Source: a virus
Taxonomy: Duplodnaviria; Caudoviricetes
Strand: one strand, 5' to 3'
Length of the DNA stretch: 64,000 nt
IMG/VR virus record: IMGVR_UViG_3300026094_000002
The notes under the pieces: model-generated
Told to the model about the DNA's origin: nothing
The model's input: only the letters and a program-made list of their open reading frames with translations
The model's database searches: none
Translations under genes and position numbers: made by a program
Part shown: positions 37,801 to 46,800 of the stretch, piece by piece
Position numbering within the stretch: position 1 is the first letter of the stretch
Layout: every line of letters starts with the position of its first letter

Positions 37801-40800
37801 GTTTTTTGATGCATTAGAGTTCAACGCTCGTGCTTATGAAACCTATAAAACACGGATTATTGATCTTGTAACAAGACAAGATTTTGGTAATGCCCCGGCT
37901 CGCAGAATACTTGATCAAGTCGTTGCACGAATTTCTTCTGAAAAGAGTGAAAACAGTGCATTTTACTGGAGTGATATGCTACCAAGTGGTCTTGATTTTG
38001 TTGATAGCGAAACCGTTGTAAGAGAAGTGACCGGACAGGATTTTGATACGGTATATTCGTATGATTTTAATAATGCCAACCGTCAAAGTTTAATGGTATA
38101 TCTTAATGATAAGATTCTTTTAAAAGACGATGATTATGAAGTATCAACAGATTCGCCTTCTATAACAATTAAACAAGATTTGACAGTTGGTGATCGCGTT
38201 CTTATACGCGAGTATACAAAAACAAATGCAAGTTTTGTACCTAACACACCAACTAAAATAGGTCTATATCCTGCATACAAACCGGCTAAGTTTGTTGATG
38301 ATACATTTGTAGAGCCAGTCAATGTGTTACGTGGACACGATGGATCAATCACGGTAGCATATGACGATATCAGGGATGATGTAATATTAGAGTTTGAAAG
38401 CAGAGTTTATAACAATCTTAAAGTATCTTCAGAGATACCAATTAACGAGGCTGATATCATACCCGGAAAATTTAGAAAAACCGATTATGATTTAGAAACA
38501 ATAAACAATATATTATCAACAGAATTTTTAACGTGGTCTGGGCTGAATCGTTTGGACTATCGCAATCAGACTTATATTGCTGATAACGACTTTACATACA
38601 ATTATTCTACCGCCAATGATGTTGTTGATGGAGAAGCCCTCCTTGGACACTGGAGAGGGATTTACGAGTATTTTTATGATACTGACAGCCCACATTCTCG
38701 TCCTTGGGAAATGCTTGGTTTAACAACAAAGCCGACGTGGTGGGAAAGCACATATGGCCCTGCACCATATACAGAAAACAACTTAATTTTATGGCAAGAT
38801 ATCGCAGATGGTAAAGTTCGTGATCCTTCTGGAGAATATATTAATGAGTCTAGAGTTCGCCGTGGGCTTCTTGATGTAATACCAGTTGATGGGCACGGAA
38901 ATCTTAAATCGCCATTGGATAATGTAGTAAACAATTATAATTTCCAAGACTTTAGAAAAAAATGGGTATTTGGTGATGGTGCTCCAGTAGAAACTGCGTG
39001 GAGAAGAAGTAGCACGTATCCTTTTGTTATACAAAGGCTTATTGCATTGACTCGCCCAGCGAAATATTTTGCTACTGGCATTGATCGTGATCGTTATCAA
39101 TTTAATTCTGAGTTTGAACAGTATCTTTTTGATTCTCGTTCACGTCTTGATATTACAGATTTAAACAGTTATGGACAGGGCAACCCACAAAATAGTTACT
39201 TTAACTGGGTTTCTGACTACGAAAAACAATTAGGTAACGTTGATCAAGATTGCGTGAATGATTGCTTTTCAAACATTGATGTTAGACTTTGTTATCGCTT
39301 AGCCGGATTCTCAGACAAACAGTATCTCAGACTTTTTGCCGAGAACTTTACGCCTGATACACAAAACAGCAGTTTGTTGGTACCACAGGAAAGTTATCAA
39401 TTATTACTGTATCAAAATGAACCTGATGCAAGAATATCTTTTAGTTCGGTGATTGTACAGGTCAGTGACAATGGTTGGACAGTTTGGGGTAACAGTTCTG
39501 CCCGACCATATTTTGAAATTACCCAAAGCATACCAAATGGCAACTTTAACACAATTACTGTTGATGATGTGTCTGTAAGATATGCACGAGACTTTGATAA
39601 CGAAATCACACGTGTTCCATATGGATATACATTTAGAAGCCGAGACGCAGTTGTTGACTTTTTGATCAGTTATGGACGGCAACTTGAGTCAAGAGGTATG
39701 CAATTCAATACAAGAAGCAATGGAATTGGTATTGATTGGGGACAAATAGCAAGGGAGTTTTTAAACTGGAGTCAACAGGGTTGGGGCATTGGTAATATTA
39801 TTAACCTAAACCCAGCCGCTGAAAACATTTTGGTTAATAGAGCAGCCGGGCTGCTTGAAGATGTTTCCAGTGATCCACGGGTACTGCTAAACCAAAACAG
39901 AAACCCAATAAAATCTAACAATTATAATGTTGATCGTAGTGGTGACTTAACGGAAATATCGGTTTTATCTGAAGAACTTATTGGGCTGGCAGAACTTAAT
40001 TTTGTCAATTATGAACATTTATTGATTTTGGATAACTCAAGTATATTTGCTGATTTGTTTTATGATCCAGCATCAGGAAACAGACAAAATAGATTGCTCC
40101 TCTCTGGATCTAAAACTACAAACTGGGCAGGTCGCCCAGATGCCCCGGGCTTTCTTATATCTGATCCCGATATTCCAGATTGGTCACCAAACAATAGATA
40201 TGCCCGTGGCGAAATAGTTAGGTTTAAAAATCAACTGTGGAGTGCGAAAGAGTTAATAGAACCATCTGAAGAGTTTGATTACAATGATTGGTTGCCAAGT
40301 GATTTTGATGATACCCGACAAGGTCTTTTGCCGAATATAGCGACAAAAGCAGACGATGCACTTGATTATTATAATAAAAACTCTGCGAATCTTAACAAAG
40401 ATTCTGATTTGCTGGGACTTGGTATAATAGGATTCCGTCCACGTGATTATCTTGAGAATCTCAACTTAGATGATATAACACAAACCAATCTTTATAGTAA
40501 TTTCATTGCAACTAAAGGCACTTTGCCCACAACTCAATTATTATCTACTGCTGATTTTGCAAAAGAAAGAGCAGATTATGGTGTGTTTGAAAACTGGGCC
40601 GTAAAACAAGGCACTTATGGTGCTAATGGCAATCGTTCATATTTTGAAATATCACTAAACCAAGAAGAATTACAAGCCAATCCTTCTACTATATCAATTG
40701 TTGAGAACAATGATGATGTAGCCGCAGATCAGGCAGTCCGCGTAGAAAGACTTTATAAAGAAAGCGTAAGATTTTCAAACAGTAATATTTTACCAGAACT

Positions 40801-43800
40801 GACAAGATCTCGACCAGACACAGATCTGCCAAGTGCTGGGTTTGTAAATCGTGATGATGTAGATTTTCAAGTCTTTTCATTTGAAGATATAGAGTCTGAA
40901 ATATCATTTGATGAAATTGGACCCGGTAACACTGTTTGGGTTGCAAAAGATTCTGAGTTTGACTGGAATGTGTATTATGTAGGAAAGTTAAATGCACGTA
41001 TCATTCAACTTGATGACAATCTTAATGGACAATCACGAGTTACATTTTCTGCATTTCACGGATTGGTTCCCGGAGATAAAATTATAATAAAATCTTTCTC
41101 CACGGGTATTAATGGTTACTATGAAATAGAAGGTGTTCCAACTCTTGAGACGGCGTTAATTTCGTTTAGTTTCTCATCAAACCAGACACAGGAAACTGGC
41201 AATGGCATTGTTCTGACGTTTGAATCTGCAAGAGTTGAACAGCCAAGCGATATTGCAAATCTTAGTTTTTCAACCTCTTTGCGTCCCGGTGACCGTGCGT
41301 GGGTTAATAATAGTGGCGATGGCACGTGGCAAGTATTAGAAAAACAAGAACCATTTAAGTCAAACACAAAGTTAGTGCCAGAAATTGAAACAGACCAATA
41401 TGGGACAGCAATTGCACAAGGTTTTGACAATGTTGGCGTTCTGGTAGGGTCTCCAGATGGTGGCATTGACAATAGAGGACAAGTTTTTGCTTATATTCTA
41501 AATCGTGATGGTTCATATAATTCAGTTGCTCCATTATCTCTTCGTACCCCTGAGATAAAAGGGTATGGGCGGTCAATTGCCGCTGGCAACTCTAACTGGG
41601 CTATTGTAGGGGCACCAGATTCTGATGTAAACAAAGGTTATGCCGCTGCAATCTTTAAAGAAAGTTCTGCTGATCCGACTTTCCAACAAACGCAATTACT
41701 GTTAGATCCTAATAGCGACGAAGGCGACAGATTCGGCGACTCAGTTGCAATCAGCGACGATGAGCGTTGGGCGTATGTTGCTTCTCCGGGTGCAAGCCGA
41801 GTTTATGCATATGCACGAGTTGATCGGGAATCACAATTTGTCACGCACGTTGGTGACGGATCAACAACCGAATTTAGTTATGATGGAGAAATTTCTATTG
41901 GTCCAGATAACAGTGGAGATGAACTTTCAGTTATTGTCAACAACACCGTATTCTCCAGAACGGGCGGTGATTATGTAGTTAATACAACAGAAAATCTTAT
42001 TAGCTTTGCGGCTGCACCAAGTTCTGGCGAAACAATTGTAATTATAAGAAAAGAACAAATTTCATTAACATATAACAGCATTGGAAATGGCGTCAAAACC
42101 GACTTTAATATTGCTGTTATTGGAACACCAGATCCCGCTGATTTGCGTGTTTTTGTTGATAATACAGAACAAACAATTACTACCGATTATACAATAATTG
42201 GACAAACACTAAGTTTTAATACGGCACCCGATAATGATAGTACTATAACAGTCTATAATCCATCTCTTGACCAACTTATTGGTGTTAATGATTATACTGA
42301 TAGTTTCTCTGTGTTAAGAGATGGTGTTATTCTCCGTGCCGAAGTTGATTACACTTTTGATAGTAATACCAATACTATTTCATTTACAAACGGTGATTCT
42401 GACATTATTGACTCTGAGATACTAATAAGAGCACGGTCACATTTTAAACACGTTAATACTATTGAAATACCAGAGCAAACCAAGTCTTATATTTCACACG
42501 ATGATACAGTAATAACATTGGATAGTATTTCCGGTATTGAGCCACAAATGATTTTGATTGGTACTGGGTTTAATTCTGGACAATATGTTGAATCAATTGA
42601 TATAGAAAACAACCAAGTCACGCTTAATGAGTCACCAGACTCAACACCATCAGGAAATATACAGTTTAAATTAGAAAACTTTGGATCAAGCCTTGATACT
42701 ACCACAGATGGCAGACAAGTAGCAATTGGTTGTATTGGTAATGAAAAAACACCCGGACAGACTTTTGTTTTTGATAGAACAGTTGAGCGGTTTGAAATAG
42801 ATGATAAAACACAAGACGTATATACGCCACGGCGTGATACAAGTATTTCAAATACATCTGTTGTTCCAGTAAAAATCAATCAAAGATTTTTGACACCCGG
42901 AGAGATAAACTCCGTGCCGCAATTCAATTTAGGAAAAGAATATTCAGTGTTGTCAAATGCAGAAGTCAATGTCTTAGATGCTGATTTTGAACTTGGTGAT
43001 ATATTAGAAATAGAAACCGCTGAATTTTCAAAATTACAAACTTTAACTGCTGAAACCCCACAGTCAGGATCAGAATTTGGATTTAGCCTAAGCCAGTGTC
43101 CAACAAATTGTAGTTTATATATTGGGTCACCCGGGGATAGTCGTCAGGTTAATAATGGCGGATCTGCTGAGAGATTTGTAAACGAGCCAAGAATTTATGG
43201 CATAGCAACATCATCTAACTCAGACGCAGAATTGACTTCAGGAGACACGGTAAGAATCAATAACGTTGATGTAGAAGTTTCTGCTATAGATTCACACGTA
43301 GTTGCAGCAACGTATAACTCTGGAGATTTCCGCAAATCTAATGGAGAGGTATATCGTGCTGTACAAGATGTTCCGGCTGGAATATTATTGACTAATACAG
43401 ATTACTGGGAAGAGTCTTCTTGGTCTGAAGTATTTGTTAAAGACATAAATGACGCAAACATTTCAAATGTTAAAGCCACACTTGATACTCGTGGAAAAAT
43501 TGTTATAAGTGCTGTTGAGCCCAAAGCACAGACTGAATTCAATAAATTACAGATTTTGCCGGGCATTGGCACTGCGTTTACAGACCTTGGCTTTGACCCT
43601 ATACAACGAACACAAACAATATTACCACCTCGCATTCAAACAAGTGCCAGATTTGGGCACGTTGTACAAATTGACACCGAGGCTGATAACTTAGTAATAG
43701 GATCTCCCGGTGCACGATTGGTTATACCAAGTACGTGGCAGACGGAATCAGAGTTAGAGTTTGATAGTGGAGCAACGACTTTCTTTGATTCAGTTTCTGA

Positions 43801-46800
43801 AGCAGGGACTGTTTACACATTTGACTTCTTGCCAAGTTCTGTAAGTTCACCACGAAACCCCGGAAAGTTTGTTTTCGGTCAACAAGTTTTTGTTAGCGAA
43901 ATCTCTACTGGAGACAAATTTGGCACAGATGTTGATTATGTTAATGGTCGATTATTAGTTGGTGCACCAGATCGTGAATCAGGTGCTGTTTTTGCATTTA
44001 ATAATCTTGATCTTGACCCTGCGTGGCAACCAATTCACGAACAGGCAGTAGAAGTAGATAGCAAACTTATTAATACAATTTATGTTTATGATGCCGATGA
44101 CAGAAGAGTACTAAGATATCTGGACTGGATTGATCCTCTCCAAGGAAAAATACTTGGTGCTGCAAAAGAGAATATTGACTTTATCACCCCGGTTGACCCA
44201 GCAGGATACAATCAAGGAAATAATATTTCTGATTTCAATGTATGGCGTGATGAACATGTTGGACAAATTTGGTGGGATGTTACAAATTATAGGTTGACTG
44301 AGTATCACTCTGATGATATCACCTATTCAAGTAGGCGTTGGGCACAGGGGGTCACAGGAAGTCAAGTTGACGTTTACCAGTGGATTGAAAGCACTGTACC
44401 ACCTTCACAATATCAAGGTCCGGGCACACCCAAGGATAACGACTCATTCACAATAATTGGTGGTGTAGTTGATAATCAAATAATTGCTAATCGTTATTAT
44501 TTCTGGGTATCAAATACCGATTCAGTTATTGAGTCAGCAGGAAAAACGCTTGGGATAAATGCGATACAACAATATATTGAGTCCCCTCGTTCAAGCGGCA
44601 TTTCTTATATCGCTCCGATTTCCAGAAATACGTTGGGACTATTCAATTGTACTGATTTAATAAATCGTGCAGATAGCATCTTACACGTAGAATTTGATCA
44701 AATTGAAACGGATAATCAAGTACACGTAGAATATGAACTAATACCCGAGAATCGTGCTGATGGATTCATTACCGGGCAATTATATAGAAAACTTTTAGAT
44801 AGTTTGAGTGGGGCAGACACCGAGGGCAATTTGGTACCTGATGTCCAACTTCCGCCCTCTGAATTATATGGTGTTGACTTTAGACCGCGACAAAGTATGT
44901 TCCGGGATAGAGAAGCAGCATTACAAAACTATCTGAGTCAAGTCAATAATGTTCTCATAGAATACCCTGTTGTTGAATCTCGCGACTTTACTATTCTAAA
45001 TTCGGAAGACCCGATTCCCGAAGCGAATAGTGGTGAATGGAACAAAAAAGTTGAAACAACTTTAGAACTTGAATTCCAAAACTTGGACATAGTTCCAATA
45101 GGTTATCGTTATCTTGTGTTGAGTGATGACAGTGTTGATGGTTTGTGGTCAATTTATGAGGTTGACGAAAATCGCTCACTTAACCAAATAAGAATTCAAA
45201 CATTTGACACCAAACAGTATTGGAATTTTGTTGATTGGTATGCAAATGGATATTCAGATCAAACGATTTTAGACAGAACTGTAAAAACAAAACCAGATCT
45301 TTTTGCACTTGATGCAATTGATGGAGAGTTGGTACGAGTTGATAACGATGGAACAGGTCAATGGGAAATATATGTTCGGGAAAATGATTCTTGGAACCGA
45401 GTTGCAGCACAATCAGCAACAATACAGATTGATCTAACTATAGCAGATAACTCTGCTGGTAGATTTGGTTTTGATAATGAAGTCTTTGACGCTCAATTTT
45501 TTGATGAAAGACCTGTCAGAGAAACACGTCAAATTGTTGAAGCCATCAATGACGATCTATTAATCAATGATCTTGGTGTTGAAAGAAACCGTGCTTTGAT
45601 ACTACTGTTTAATTACATTTTATCAGAACAAATTACACCAGAGTGGTTAGAAAAAACCAGCCTTGTTGATGTTGATCATACAGTACGGTCCTTAGAACCA
45701 TTCCGTGTTTATCAACAAGATAATCAAACATTTGTTTCTGATTATATTAATGAAGTCAAACCATATCACGTTAAAATCAGACAGTTCAATCTAAAATATC
45801 AGGGTGAAGAATTATATCGTGGCGATATAACTGACTTTGATTTGCCAGCCGAGTGGAATCCAGAGAATAATCAATTTATTAGTCCTGTTCTGGATGACAC
45901 TGGCAGATTAAGCACCACAAGCAGCATTGATTCAGAATCTGAAGAATGGAATGATGGGAAATATTCAGAATGGTTTAATAACCGCTTTTTAGAAATTGAA
46001 TCAATATCCGTGTTCTCAGGTGGCACTGGGTACTCTGTTCCACCTGAGGTAATTATTACTGGTGATGCAGAAGTAGAAGCCAAAGCAAGAGCAAGACTAA
46101 ACGTATTAGGAGAGGTATCAAGTGTAGAAATACTTGAATCTGGTTCCGGTTATACAACAACACCATCAATCAATATAGTTGGTGGTAATGGTAGTGGTGC
46201 TCGTGTGGTTCCAATTATGAAAACACTGGGACCAAGAAACGGACTTATCACATTAAAATATGACAGATATGATTATACTCCAAACGTATCAGACTGGCAA
46301 CCAAATGTATTCTATGCTGCTGACGATTTAGTCAGATATGAAAACGAAGTATATCGTGTAGTAGAAACCAACGATAGTAGTATTTTGTTTTCTGGTGATG
46401 AGTTTGTACTTGAAAATTATGAGAGAGTATCAGCCAGTGAGTTAAGTGGGTTAGATAGAACCGCAGGTTATTATGTCCCTGCCCCGCGAACAACAGGAGA
46501 TGATATCTCCTTGTTAGTGGATGGTATAAGTTATCCCGGTGTTCAAGTATCTGCACCTGATTTCAACCAAAACACGGGTTACGATATATCTGCATTTGAT
46601 GTAACACCGTTTGATAACATTGATGTTGGACCAGAAAATGATATTTCGGTTGAATATACAGCAGATGGTTCAACTACAGTATATGAACTTGGATATCCAG
46701 ATGATGGTTTACCTACAAATATTGAGGAAGTATCTGTTTTTGTAGATGGAGTTGAGCAAGAACAAGAGGATGATTTTACTTTCAACCCCAGTATTATTAC